In this document: piece by piece, positions 10,765-21,500 of the stretch
Numbering within the stretch: position 1 is the first letter of the stretch
Layout of the letters: each line of letters begins with the position of its first letter
Assembly (NCBI GenBank): GCA_025353485.1
Contig: JANXQO010000036.1
Span: forward strand, 9,346 to 73,345
Source: Chitinophagales bacterium
GTDB lineage: Bacteria > Bacteroidota > Bacteroidia > Chitinophagales > Chitinophagaceae
Length of the DNA stretch: 64,000 nt
Direction: 5' to 3'
Notes under the pieces: model-generated
Databases searched by the model: none
What the model was told of the DNA's origin: nothing
What the model saw: only the letters and a program-made list of their open reading frames with translations
Program-made: the position numbers and the translations under genes

Positions 10765-10818
10765 GTAATTATTTCAAGAGTTAATTTATTATTATTTTGA
10801 TACCAGCTTTAGTTTTTC

Positions 10819-10838
10819 ATCCCGATAGCTATCGGGAT
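10819..10838. repeat. Family A palindrome ATCCCGATAGCTATCGGGAT (intergenic copy)
   Basis: Perfect 20-nt palindrome. The same core recurs at 22853-22868 and 36281-36296, with variants at 22718, 15337 and 26569. Confidence 0.85.
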
Positions 10839-10889
10839 CATCGTTGCGTAACAATCACTTCTCATCTTTTAGTTCATTGAGTATCTTAG

Positions 10890-10954
10890 CCTCACCCTCC
10901 CTCTCCACCTCATCCGCCCTGCGGGCACCTTTCTCCTGAAGGAGGGAGAAGGAC
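10890..10954. repeat. GC-rich REP-like cluster of small hairpins
   Basis: CCTCACCCTCCCTCTCC…GCCCTGCGGGC…CTCCTGAAGGAG…GGAGGGAGAAGG. Nested complementary GC-rich blocks within an AT-rich spacer. Confidence 0.5.
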
Positions 10955-11089
10955 GATAGCAAAATCTATTTGAAGGAGCGGAGCTTTTGAGTAAATCCAA
11001 ACATTATATCTTCCACCTCATCAGTTATTTTCTTTAGCATTTTTTTTATACAGTATCTTTTTATTCACTCTCCTCAATCTCCTCTTTTT

Positions 11090-11117
11090 CCTCTCCCGTT
11101 GGGGGAGATATAGGGGG
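11090..11117. repeat. Family E hairpin repeat directly after the TolC stop
   Basis: The reverse complement CCCCCTATATCTCCCCCAACGGGAGAGG closely matches CCCCTCTATCTCCCTAACGGGAGAGG at 62804-62829, which directly follows the moxR stop. Confidence 0.65.
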
Positions 11118-11122
11118 CTGTT

Positions 11123-12574
11123 TTAAAACTTCAACCCCTGCCCTTTATAAAATTCCAATACTTTCATTTTAAAAACATAATCAAATTGGTTAAGCACCAA
11201 TTCAAGCTTAGCCCTGAATAAATTATTTTGATCAGTAATTAATTCAAGTGTCGTCAGCATTCCTATAGTATATCTTTTGGTTGCAAAGTCAAAACTTTTT
11301 TGTGCTGCTTCAACAGATTTTGCAGAAGAATTAAATTTTTCCATCGCAACAATTGCAGAATTGTATGCCTGGTAAATATCCTGTTTTGTAGTTTTATTAT
11401 CAAGATCTTTTTGTAATTCAAGTGTAGTAATATTTAGTTTAGATCTTTCATAATTAGCTCTTGCAGACCACCCGTTAAAAATAGGAACAGAAATATTTAT
11501 GCCTACTGATTGACCAAAATTATTATTAAGCTGCGTTCCAAATGATTCAGATGTAATGTAACCGCTTTTGCTTCCCTTTGTAAATAAAGGCCGTTGCACA
11601 TCAGTAAAGCCACCAGTACCATTGCTAATAACAAGTCCGCTTGGTATGTAACCCGAAAATACCTGCTGGTAAGTTGGCGCTCTAAAATATCCATAATTTG
11701 TACCAAGGCTGAAATATGCACCAATACTGGGATATAAGGCTCCCCATGCAGCTTTTACATTTGCATTGGCAGCTTTTATTTTAAAATCATTTACTCTTTG
11801 TTGCGGCAGATGAGCCAATGCTGATGCATAAACATCTTCAGGTTGCAGGTCTGCAATATTTTCAACAGGTATTTTATCGGCAGTCTGCTCTTCAATATCA
11901 AAAGGTTGTCCTGCATCAATATTCATATAAGCTTTTAAAACAAATTTTGCCTGCGTTACATTTCCTTTTGCAACAATATAATTGGCGCTGTCTCTTGCTA
12001 CCTGTGCTTCAAGTTCAACCGCATTTAATTCCGGCAAAGCGCCGGCCTTCACCTGCTTTTGTACAATATCAAATTGCGCTATTGATTGCTGCACCTGCAC
12101 GGCTGAAATATTTTGTTGTTCACGTGCAAGCAGTATTTGTAAGTAAGCATTGGCAACCGTTAACGCAATATCATTTTTTAATTTTTCTGTTCCTGCTTTT
12201 GCAGCTTCAATATTCCATTGATAGGCAAGCGTAGTATTTCGTTTTGAATACCAGTTAAAAATTTCAACACTGCTTTGAAAATTTAAACTCAGGGAAAGAA
12301 AATTCTGATTCTCTAAAATACCTGTTGACGGATTCTGCGACTTTCCAAAACGGTAGCCATCATTATTGCTGAAGTTGGCAGAAGGATATTTTGAAAGGCT
12401 GCTTTGTTTATAGTTTAGGGCTGCCAGTTTTGCCTGTATCTCATTTTGTTTTACTGAAATATTATTATCCATTGCGTATTGCACGCATTGCAGCAAACTC
12501 CATTTTTGTTGGGCAGCGGCTTTATTAATTAAGCAGGTAATAATGATAAATGAAAAAATAATTCTAAGTAACAT
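11123..12574 (-). CDS. TolC-family outer membrane efflux protein
   Basis: 483 aa with a signal peptide, two tandem TolC-type repeat halves, and a C-terminal …LEFYKGQGLKF aromatic end. Confidence 0.85.
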   Translation of the reverse strand: MLLRIIFSFIIITCLINKAAAQQKWSLLQCVQYAMDNNISVKQNEIQAKLAALNYKQSSLSKYPSANFSNNDGYRFGKSQNPSTGILENQNFLSLSLNFQSSVEIFNWYSKRNTTLAYQWNIEAAKAGTEKLKNDIALTVANAYLQILLAREQQNISAVQVQQSIAQFDIVQKQVKAGALPELNAVELEAQVARDSANYIVAKGNVTQAKFVLKAYMNIDAGQPFDIEEQTADKIPVENIADLQPEDVYASALAHLPQQRVNDFKIKAANANVKAAWGALYPSIGAYFSLGTNYGYFRAPTYQQVFSGYIPSGLVISNGTGGFTDVQRPLFTKGSKSGYITSESFGTQLNNNFGQSVGINISVPIFNGWSARANYERSKLNITTLELQKDLDNKTTKQDIYQAYNSAIVAMEKFNSSAKSVEAAQKSFDFATKRYTIGMLTTLELITDQNNLFRAKLELVLNQFDYVFKMKVLEFYKGQGLKF

Positions 12575-12646
12575 AATTCAAAAATAATTCATCATACAAT
12601 AATAATTATTAAAACAGGGATGAGCGGGTTTAAAGGATATAAGTAA

Positions 12647-13825
12647 TTAAATTTTTTCAAACGCCTGTTGCAAATCTTTAATCAAGTAATCAGGTTCTTC
12701 CAAACCTATATACAACCGCAACATGCGATGCTCTTTATTTTCAACATTAAATTCTTCCGGTTTGATGGATGCACATTTTGGGATCACTAATGATTCATGT
12801 CCACCCCAGCTAACGGCCATGAGTATATGTTGTAAGCTTTCACAAAATTTCTCTATTTGATTTATATCAGTTGCCTTTATAATAAATGACAATAATCCGC
12901 AGGCACCTTTCATTTGTTGTTTGGCTAATTCATATTGCGGAAAGTTTTCATCAAAAGGAAAAATAACCTGTTCAACTTTTGGATGTTGCTTTAAAAAGTT
13001 GACAAGTTGATAAGTTGACAAGGTGATACGGTCTAACCTGGCAGGTAATGTTCTTAAGCCTCTTATCAGCAGCCATGCATTAAATGGTTGTATGCCGCTG
13101 CCGATATTCATGTATTCGCTGTTGAATATTTTTGTGATCATTTTTTTACTACCGCTTAATACCCCCGCAACGGTATCACTATGGCCACCGATATATTTTG
13201 TTGCGCTTTGTAAAACCATGTCAATTCCAAATTCGATTGGCTTTTGATAGAGTGGCGAACAATAACTGTTATCGCAAATGGTTGTGATGCCTTCTGCTTT
13301 TGCAAGGTCTGCAACGGCTTTAAGGTCCTGCAATGCAAAGTCCCAACTGTTGGGGCTTTCCAAATAAACTAAAGATGTGTTGGGGAGGATTGCTCTTTCA
13401 AAATTTTCAATATTCCTTCCATCAATGTAAGTGGTGGTTACATTAAACCTTGGCAAAATATCATTGAACATTTTTTGTGCCCATGTATAAGGCTTGTCAA
13501 CAGAAACTATATTATCTCCCGCTTTTACATTGGCAAGTACAGATGCAAAAATGGCTGCAGCACCGCTGTTAAATACAAGGCAATCTTCTGCACCATCTAA
13601 AGCCGCTAATTTTTTTCGAAGTATATCAACAGTAGGATTTATGCCACGGCTATACAGGTAAGCAGAAGATTCATCTTGAAATGCTTTACGCAGGTCATTC
13701 ACTTTGTCAAAAGCAAAATTGCTTGTTTGTATGATGGGTGGTGCTATCGCATTAAAATATAATTCACGGTCTTCACCCAATTCATTTATGATATAAGAAA
13801 TATTATTTTTTTCAGATTCAGACAT
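12647..13825 (-). CDS. PLP-dependent Cys/Met-metabolism enzyme (cystathionine gamma-synthase / methionine gamma-lyase family)
   Basis: PLP-lysine motif SATKYIGGHSDTVAGV. Preferred start is MSESEK at 13825, which overlaps the upstream stop by 8 nt; the track ORF extends to 13876. Confidence 0.85.
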   Translation of the reverse strand: MSESEKNNISYIINELGEDRELYFNAIAPPIIQTSNFAFDKVNDLRKAFQDESSAYLYSRGINPTVDILRKKLAALDGAEDCLVFNSGAAAIFASVLANVKAGDNIVSVDKPYTWAQKMFNDILPRFNVTTTYIDGRNIENFERAILPNTSLVYLESPNSWDFALQDLKAVADLAKAEGITTICDNSYCSPLYQKPIEFGIDMVLQSATKYIGGHSDTVAGVLSGSKKMITKIFNSEYMNIGSGIQPFNAWLLIRGLRTLPARLDRITLSTYQLVNFLKQHPKVEQVIFPFDENFPQYELAKQQMKGACGLLSFIIKATDINQIEKFCESLQHILMAVSWGGHESLVIPKCASIKPEEFNVENKEHRMLRLYIGLEEPDYLIKDLQQAFEKI

Positions 13826-15191
13826 TGTTTCTCTTTTGAAAATAGTGAACGGCAAAATAGATCCCGATAAAACCAATAAGCACAGCCAATCCTATTAAAC
13901 AAAGATAGGTTTGCGTTACTAATAAACTTATGGCTACAAATGTATAAGCAGCAATAAATATTAACGGCAGCAATGGATATAATTTCATTATGTAAATACC
14001 GGAATTATTAAGATGTACTGTTTTCTTTCGTAAAATAAAAATGCTGCCGGCAGATAATATCATTCCAAAACAATCAAGAAAAATACTAAAGCTTAAAATG
14101 GTATCAAATTCTTTAGCCCAAAAAACAATTAGTATACACAAGGCTGCAAACACACTTAATGAAGTTGTAAGCACATCCGTTTTTATATTTCGTTTTCTAA
14201 AACTTTTTGGTAATATTTTATCGTCGCTCATAGCAGCCATTACTCTCGGGTTGCTCATCAGCAAAACATTTACATAAGCAAGCACACTAAAAAACAGAAG
14301 CACTGATAAAATTCTTTCTGCATTAACGCCAAATATTTTTGAAGCCATTATTGCAGCGATGTTCTTGCTGGTTTTTAATTCTTCAAAACCTATCACTTTT
14401 ACATAAGCATAATTAATGATTAAATAAAGAGAGATGATAATAAATATTCCAAAGAAAATTCCTCCTGGGATATTTTTTTTAGGCTGATCAACTTCGGCGC
14501 CAAAATTAATTGTCTGCTGATAGCCTCCATAGGTAAAGCTTACAGCTACCAGCCCAATTCCAAACGCTTTTAAATATTCAGTAAACATTGGTGAAGCGGA
14601 ATGTGTAACAGCAATTACAGGTGATGATTGTGTGGCGAAAAATAATGGTGTAACCAGCAATAATATCATGGTTATCTTAACAACGGTTAAAACATTTTGC
14701 GTACGGGCACTCATCTTTAATCCTAAAAGATTTACCCCATAAAAAATAATAATAGCAACAATGGCAATTACAATTTGTATAGTTTGTATTTGCTGTGCAT
14801 TGGCTGCACCCTTTAACCACGCTGCATCTTTTGAATGTGGAATTAAAATTCCTGTGATGTACTCACCACCCACCAATGCAACTGCAGCCAGTGAAGCTGC
14901 ATTGGAAACAAGTATTAAACAGTTAACACCAAATGCAATTGATGGGTGATATGCATACGAAAAAACTTTGTAATATCCACCGGTAACAGGAAGCCTGCTG
15001 CCGATCTCAGCATAGGTAAGAGCGCCGCACAAAGCAATGAGACCTCCGGCAATCCATACAGCATAAAAAATAAAAGGAGTATCAACAGCCTTGGCAACAT
15101 TTACCGGAGTTCTGAAGATTCCCATACCTATCACCAGGCTTACAACAATCATTGTAAAATCAAAGAGGTTAAGTTTTTTTGCTGCCTTCAT
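13818..15191 (-). CDS. APC-superfamily amino acid permease
   Basis: 457 aa with about 12 hydrophobic segments. The N-terminal …GMGIFRTP… motif is typical of amino acid/polyamine permeases. Confidence 0.85.
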   Translation of the reverse strand: MKAAKKLNLFDFTMIVVSLVIGMGIFRTPVNVAKAVDTPFIFYAVWIAGGLIALCGALTYAEIGSRLPVTGGYYKVFSYAYHPSIAFGVNCLILVSNAASLAAVALVGGEYITGILIPHSKDAAWLKGAANAQQIQTIQIVIAIVAIIIFYGVNLLGLKMSARTQNVLTVVKITMILLLVTPLFFATQSSPVIAVTHSASPMFTEYLKAFGIGLVAVSFTYGGYQQTINFGAEVDQPKKNIPGGIFFGIFIIISLYLIINYAYVKVIGFEELKTSKNIAAIMASKIFGVNAERILSVLLFFSVLAYVNVLLMSNPRVMAAMSDDKILPKSFRKRNIKTDVLTTSLSVFAALCILIVFWAKEFDTILSFSIFLDCFGMILSAGSIFILRKKTVHLNNSGIYIMKLYPLLPLIFIAAYTFVAISLLVTQTYLCLIGLAVLIGFIGIYFAVHYFQKRNNV

Positions 15192-15233
15192 TGGGGGAAG
15201 ATAAAAAATTTATGGTGACTAATTTATAATCGG

Positions 15234-15268
15234 CAGGTGTATGACAACTAAAAGTTGTCTGACACCTG
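15234..15268. repeat. Imperfect 16-nt-arm inverted repeat
   Basis: CAGGTGTATGACAACT-AAA-AGTTGTCTGACACCTG, lying between the divergent permease gene and the riboswitch promoter. Confidence 0.5.
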
Positions 15269-15283
15269 TGAACTAAAATTTGT

Positions 15284-15316
15284 TTTGGAAATTCAATTCC
15301 ATTAAACATATTTTTG
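15284..15316 (+). promoter_or_regulatory. Bacteroidota-type promoter candidate (-33 TTTG / -7 TATTTTTG)
   Basis: TTTG at 15284-15287 and TAnnTTTG-type TATTTTTG at 15309-15316, 21 nt apart. It sits just upstream of the riboswitch 5' end. Confidence 0.5.
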
Positions 15317-15321
15317 CGCCG

Positions 15322-15546
15322 TAATTGGTTCCCAATCCCGATAATTATCGGGACGGGATTAAAAGGGAATCCGGTTAAATTCCGGAGCTATCCCCGTAGC
15401 TGTAAGCTAAACCGTGAATCGTGAAAGGGTGAAACGTGAATTCATATTCACTATTGGCCATTGACGGTTCACAACTGCTGAATCTTCTACCACTGTCTTA
15501 TCAGACGGGAAGGTGTTCATCAGGGTGGCAAGCCAGAAGACCTGCC
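15322..15546 (+). promoter_or_regulatory. Cobalamin (B12) riboswitch
   Basis: GGTTCCC…AAAAGGGAATCCGGTTAAATTCCGGAGCTATCCCCGTAGCTGTAAGC core, CCACTG…GGGAAGG, and the B12 box AGCCAGAAGACCTGCC at 15531-15546. It lies upstream of a TonB-dependent receptor. Confidence 0.85.
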
Positions 15547-15655
15547 GTTTACATTAAAATCATTTCAAAGCTTTCGGGTGAAAGGCAGGAGTGTAACGGC
15601 TTTACCGCTTTTATACTACTTTATTATCCGCAAGCAGCCATTAAAATTTCTAAAA

Positions 15656-17584
15656 ATGAAAAAGAAAATTTTATTTGTGGCTGCATGTATTACAGGCAGC
15701 ACACTATTTGCACAGGACAGTACAAAAACATTAAATGAAGTTGTGATCGCAGTTACAAAATTTCCTCAAAAACAAAATGAAACAGGAAAGGTAATAACGG
15801 TTATCACAAAAGAACAATTACAAAAAAGCGCAGGCAAAACTTTGTCGGAAGTTTTAAATCAGCAAGTGGGTATTACAATTAACGGAGCTAATAATAATCT
15901 GGGTACTAATCAAACTTTATACATGCGTGGGGCACATGCTGCCAACACTTTAATATTGGTGGATGGAGTTCCCGTGTATGATGCCTCCGGCGAAACCAAT
16001 CAATTTGATATAAGTAATTTCTCATTGTATAATATAGAACGGATAGAAATATTAAAAGGCGCTCAATCTACTTTGTATGGCTCTGATGCGGTTGCAGGCG
16101 TTATAAATTTGATAACAAAAAAGGGAGGGGATAAGCCAATAAATTTAAACGTAATTCTTTCTGCAGGAAGTTATAACACATATAAAGGTTCATTTGCTTT
16201 TAGCGGAACAAAAAATGATCAAACCTATTTTCTTTCTTATTCAGACATAAACAGTAAAGGTTTTTCTTCAGCATACGACTCGACAGGTAAAAATAATTTT
16301 GATAAAGATGGTTTTAAACAAAACGTGTTGCAGGGAAGTTATGGATGTAAGTTTTCTAAAAAATTAGAAACAGGAATCTATGGTAAATACAGTACAAATA
16401 AAGCCGACATTGATGCCGGTGCGTTTGCCGATGATAAAGATTATACCTATAAATATAAAAATCTGCAAACCGGAGTTTTTATAAATTATAATTATGAAAA
16501 GGGATCAATAAAATTCAATTATAATTATAACCAGTATCAAAGAAATTATTTAGATGATTCATTATCGGTTGGTGGATTTTCAAAATATCAAAGAGGGAAT
16601 TATTTAGGAAAATCTCATTTTGCCGAAGTGTATGCAAACTTTAAACCCTCCACAAATATTGAGTTACTTGCCGGTATTGATTACAGGCGAAATGCAACAA
16701 CCCAAAATTATTTATCAATAAGTTCTTTTGGGCCATTTCAAAGTTTGCCTTTATCGGAAGACAGCATTAAAACAAACCAGGTTAGCACATATGCTTCAAT
16801 GAACCTGAAATTTAAAAATGGTTTTAATACTGAGTTAGGCGGCCGGTGGAATTATCACAATATTTTCGGAAATAATTTTACTTACTCATTTAATCCATCT
16901 TACTTCATAAAAAATAAATTTAAAATATTTGCAAACATTTCTTCCGCATATCGTGTTCCTTCTTTATATCAATTGTATTCGGAGTTTGGCAACAAAAAAT
17001 TACATCCTGAAACTACAACAGGTATAGAAGGAGGAATGCAACTCTTGTCAAAAAATTTTACTGCAAGAGTGGTTTTATTTTACAGGAATAGTAAAGATGT
17101 ATTTGCCTTTTATACTGATCCTGTAACCTATGTTAGTTATTATATAAATGAGGATAAACAAAAAGATAATGGCGCAGAGGCTGATGTAAGCTGGCATTCT
17201 GATAAAATTAGCGCATCAGCAAATTATACGTATGTACATGGAAAAATCTACACAAAAGATTTCAGCAAAGACACTGCTTACAATAATTTATATAGAAGAC
17301 CTGCACATACATTTAATATTACTGTAAGCTACCAGACATCAGAAAACCTTTTTATTTCAACACATTTTAAAACTGTGAATAAATTTTACGAAGGCCAATA
17401 CGCTGCGGCACCTTATCAAATCAATGGTTATTATACATTGGATATTTATGGTGAATATAAATTGGATAAAAAGTGTAAACTGTTTATAGATTTTCAAAAC
17501 ATTACTAATCAAAAATATTTTGATCTGAGAGGATTTAATTCAAAGCGATTTAATTTTAATGCAGGCGTAAATCTCAATTTATAA
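15656..17584 (+). CDS. btuB: TonB-dependent receptor, BtuB-like vitamin B12 transporter
   Basis: Signal peptide MKKKILFVAACITGSTLFAQ, a plug domain (…GAQSTLYGSDAVAGVINLITKKG) and a beta-barrel. It is preceded by the B12 riboswitch. The track start at 15578 lies inside the leader. Confidence 0.85.
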   Translation: MKKKILFVAACITGSTLFAQDSTKTLNEVVIAVTKFPQKQNETGKVITVITKEQLQKSAGKTLSEVLNQQVGITINGANNNLGTNQTLYMRGAHAANTLILVDGVPVYDASGETNQFDISNFSLYNIERIEILKGAQSTLYGSDAVAGVINLITKKGGDKPINLNVILSAGSYNTYKGSFAFSGTKNDQTYFLSYSDINSKGFSSAYDSTGKNNFDKDGFKQNVLQGSYGCKFSKKLETGIYGKYSTNKADIDAGAFADDKDYTYKYKNLQTGVFINYNYEKGSIKFNYNYNQYQRNYLDDSLSVGGFSKYQRGNYLGKSHFAEVYANFKPSTNIELLAGIDYRRNATTQNYLSISSFGPFQSLPLSEDSIKTNQVSTYASMNLKFKNGFNTELGGRWNYHNIFGNNFTYSFNPSYFIKNKFKIFANISSAYRVPSLYQLYSEFGNKKLHPETTTGIEGGMQLLSKNFTARVVLFYRNSKDVFAFYTDPVTYVSYYINEDKQKDNGAEADVSWHSDKISASANYTYVHGKIYTKDFSKDTAYNNLYRRPAHTFNITVSYQTSENLFISTHFKTVNKFYEGQYAAAPYQINGYYTLDIYGEYKLDKKCKLFIDFQNITNQKYFDLRGFNSKRFNFNAGVNLNL

Positions 17585-17626
17585 GGCTCACGTGTTGTCA
17601 GTGGACAGTAATATATTTGTAAAAAT

Positions 17627-18220
17627 TTGGTAATGGATTTTTCAGAAATACTTAGCAAGGATCTGCTTACTGTAAGTTTTACATTATTTGCTATAATAGA
17701 TATTGTTGGCGCCGTACCTGTTTTGATAGGACTGAAAAGTAAGCTGGGAGGCATCAATGAATTTAGGGCCACTTTGATAGCCGGAGCATTAATGATATTG
17801 TTTTTATTTCTTGGAAAGCCTTTTCTTAACCTGCTGGGGCTTGATATTAGATCTTTTGCTGTTGGGGGTTCTATCGTAATTTTTATTCTTGGACTTGAAA
17901 TGGTTTTGGGAACAGAATTTTTTAAGAGTGAAAAAGATTTTAGGGCTGCAACTGTTGTTCCTATTGCTTTTCCTTTAATTGCCGGATCGGGTACATTAAC
18001 AACAATCATTTCTTTAAAGGCAAATTATCAGGAGCTCACAATTCTTATTGCCATCCTGTTCAATCTTATAATTGTTTATGCAGTGCTTAAATCACTAAGA
18101 TTTATAGAACGCATTTTAGGGCCTGCGGGTCTCATCGCAGTCAGGAAATTTTTTGGTGTAATTTTAATTGCTATTGCAGTAAAAATATTTGCAGCAAACG
18201 CACATGGATTGATAAAATAG
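17627..18220 (+). CDS. MarC-family (UPF0056) integral membrane protein
   Basis: 197 aa with about 6 TM segments. The size and hydrophobic pattern fit the MarC family. Confidence 0.75.
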   Translation: MVMDFSEILSKDLLTVSFTLFAIIDIVGAVPVLIGLKSKLGGINEFRATLIAGALMILFLFLGKPFLNLLGLDIRSFAVGGSIVIFILGLEMVLGTEFFKSEKDFRAATVVPIAFPLIAGSGTLTTIISLKANYQELTILIAILFNLIIVYAVLKSLRFIERILGPAGLIAVRKFFGVILIAIAVKIFAANAHGLIK

Positions 18221-18275
18221 ATATGCAGATGTGTAAATAGGCAGATTAGTTTTTTTGATTTGCACATCTGCATAT
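18221..18275. repeat. Long hairpin (18-bp stem) directly after the marC-family stop
   Basis: ATATGCAGATGTGTAAAT … ATTTGCACATCTGCATAT with one G-U position and a 19-nt loop. No U-tract follows. Confidence 0.6.
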
Positions 18276-18297
18276 CAACTTATCTGAATATCAGCAA

Positions 18298-18369
18298 GGC
18301 CCCGTAGTACAATGGATAGTATAAGAGTTTCCGAAGCTCCAGATCCAGGTTCGATTCCTGGCGAGGCCA
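18298..18369 (+). tRNA. tRNA-Arg (anticodon CCG)
   Basis: Manual cloverleaf: acceptor GGCCCCG/CGAGGCC with one C-A mismatch, D arm GTAC/GTAT, anticodon loop TTCCGAA, T arm CCAGG-TTCGATT-CCTGG. No encoded CCA. Confidence 0.85.
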
Positions 18370-18530
18370 CATAAGAAGTTGCATTAAAAGATTATCAATA
18401 ACAATAGAAAAATATTTTATCCTTGACACAATATTCAGAAAGTACTCTTTTTAATTACAGCAAAGTAATTGTGCCTACCTTAGGCTTATACTAATACCCC
18501 CTTATAGCCAAAATAAATTCCAAATATTTT

Positions 18531-21500
18531 ATGACCCGTTCGGCTGTTAAAAAAATCCCTTTATTAGAAGTAAGTACAATAATTATAGCCATGCTCTCTT
18601 TGGCATACCTGTATATGGATATTAATATATTGCCTGGTTTAAAAAGCAGCCTGTTTATGAACGCCGCAGCAGCTATGATATTTCTTGCAGCAGCGTCTTC
18701 CAGGCTATTTTTTATATACTCACTTACAAATAAAAAATTACTCCAGCCTGCAAAAGTGTTAGCTGCGGGTACAGTGCTGATGGGAGTTATCAGCTGGCTG
18801 GCTATAATATTTAAGATAAATTCTTCAGGAGGTTTATTTCTTAGTGATCAAATAAATTCAGGCAGCGCATTAAGTCCCATGCCGGTTGCCAGCGCTTTTT
18901 GTTTTATACTTTTAGGAACCGCCCTTTATTATATAACACTGCATAAAGGGGAAAAAATATTTTTGCCTCATCTTTTATCGCTTATCATTTTAATAATTGC
19001 ATTGCTTACAATCATTGAATTTATTGTTTTTGAAAATATGGCTGAAGCAAATGCCTATTATAAACCTATGAGTGTAACAGGAGCTATAAATTTTTGTTTG
19101 TTGTCGTGCAGTATTTTGTTGGTAAATAAGCGGAAGGGATTTATGGGTGAGATAATGAGTGAGTATGCTGGCGGTAAAATAGCAAGGCTGTTTTTACCTA
19201 TGGCAATTGTGGTTCCCGTTATCATAAGTTTTTTTAGATTTAAAAGTGAAGATACAGACCCCTATAGTACGGCGTTGCTTATCATGGGGCGTATCATCAT
19301 TCTTAGTTTTTTTATCTGGAGAAGCGCTGTAATAATAACCCGCTCTAATAAAGCACTTATTGCAGAAATAGAAGAAAGAAAAAAAGCTGAAGAGACTTTA
19401 CGATACAGGAAAGCCTTACTGGAAGCGCAAAACGAAGCTATTCCCGACGCCATTCTTATTGTAGATAACAAAGGGAAAATTCTATCTTATAATCATCATT
19501 TTGAAGCGCTTTGGGGATTGCCACAGCATATAATAGAGGAAGAGAATGATACTGCCGCACTCAAATTTGCAATGACACAATTGGTGGACCCTAATGAATT
19601 TATTCGCCGTGTAAATTATATATATGCCCATCCTGAAGAGGCGGCTCATGATGAAATATTATTTAAAGATGGGCGTATTATTGAACGGTACGGAAATGTA
19701 GTAATGGGTGATGATGGCACAAGATATGGTTGGGCATGGTACTTTAGAGATATAACACAAAACAAAAACTATGAGAATAAAATAAAAAATTTTAATAAAG
19801 ACCTGGAAAAAAGAGTTGAGGAACGTACAGAAGAATTATATAAAAGTGAAAAACGTTTCCGCCTGCTTGTTGAAAACTCTTTAGATATTATCTCTCTCGT
19901 TGACGCAGATGGACGAATTTTTTATATAAGCCCTTCTATAAAAAGATTAACAGGGTTTGCAGAAAAAGAATTAATAGGAAAATTGGGATTTGAGATGCTT
20001 CATAAAGATGATTTGGAAGATGGTAAAAAATTGCGGGCATACCTCATCAATCACCCGGGAGTATCTGCAAATAATGCATTTCGTTTTTTGCATAAAAATG
20101 GTGGATACATTTGGATTGAGGGAACTGTTACCAATATGTTGAATGATGAAAATGTAAAAGCTTTTGTTTTAAATTATCATGATATAACAGAAAGGAAAAA
20201 TTGGGAGCAAAGTATTCGTAAAAGTGAAAAGCGTTTCCGCTCGCTGATAGAGAATGCACTAGATATAATTTCACTTTCTGATGAAAAGGGCATGTGGTTT
20301 TATATAAGCCCGGCAATAGAAAGGCTCACGGGATATTCAATTCAGGAAACTATAAATCAACCTGTATATAATATAGTTCATCCTGATGATATTGAGCAAT
20401 CAAAAAAAATGCGGGCCGAATATATGAAGGATCCTGGAGTAATTAAACCTATGTCATTTCGCTTCCTTCATAAAAATGGAGGCTTGGTATGGATGGAAGG
20501 AACGCTGATAAATCTGCTGCATGATGAAAATGTAAAAGCGGTTGTAGGTAATTTTCATGATGTTACCGAAAGAAAAAGAAGTGAAGAAAAAATCCGTGTA
20601 TATAATGAACGTTTTGAAATGGTAAGCAAAGCTACCCATGATGCCGTATGGGATTGGAATTTAGAAACTGATAAAATTTATTGGAACGACGAAATAAAAT
20701 CAATGTTTAATTATAGCGATAAAGATATACCTACAGGGGTTGAATGGAAAGTTCATATTCATCCGCAGGATTTTAAACGGGTAACAAGAAAACTTATATA
20801 CTATATAAAGCAGGGAATAGAGAACTGGCAGGATGAATATCGCTTTCGTTGCTTAGATGGCAGCTATAAGTATGTATTTAACAGGGGGTTTATTTTATTC
20901 AACCATGATAATAAGCCATACCGTATAATAGGCGCCATGCAGGATGTAACAGAAATTAATAAATTACAGCAATCTTTAAGCGATGAAAGAATAAAAAGGC
21001 AAAAGGAGCTTACCAATGCTACTATAGAAGGTCAGGAAAAACAAAGAACAGAAATTGGCAGAGAGTTGCACGATAACATTAACCAAATACTTACTGCCAC
21101 AAAATTATTTCTGGATGTTGCAGCAACACAGCCTGCCATTAAAGATGAGATGATTAAGCGTTCTGCAGAAAATTTATCTAATTGCATGGAAGAGATAAGA
21201 AAGCTTTCAAGTTCACTCGTTCCTCCGTCAATGGATAACAATACTTTTGATGAGATTATAAAAGATCTTGCAGAACCCATAAAATTAGCCACTGCAATAA
21301 ATATTACTTACAAAATTGATACTGCCTGTACCAATGCACTTACAGATACTCAACAGCTAAATGTTTACCGCATTATTCAGGAACATCTTAATAATATTCT
21401 TAAACATGCCAATGCAAAAAAAATATCAATAAACATACAACATAAGGAGGATCAGATTAAACTTTCTATTAAAGATGATGGCCAGGGATTTGATACAACT

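Noticed and set aside
9668-10768. Plus-strand track ORFs (9668-9862, 9872-10318, 10219-10560, 10490-10768) opposite the adaptor gene
   Set aside because: All are antisense shadows of the MFP adaptor CDS. Their composition is Ser/Leu/Cys-rich noise, and the adaptor frame has the clear family architecture.
15436-15738. 100-aa ORF (GTG start) and the extended 15578 start of the receptor ORF
   Set aside because: Both lie across the cobalamin riboswitch and its expression platform. The receptor has a canonical signal peptide starting at ATG 15656.
18258-18275. Shared 11-mer TTTGCACATCT between the marC-distal hairpin and the nrdJ upstream inverted repeat (23058-23068)
   Set aside because: Matches of 11 nt are expected many times by chance in 64 kb of AT-rich sequence, and the flanks do not align.
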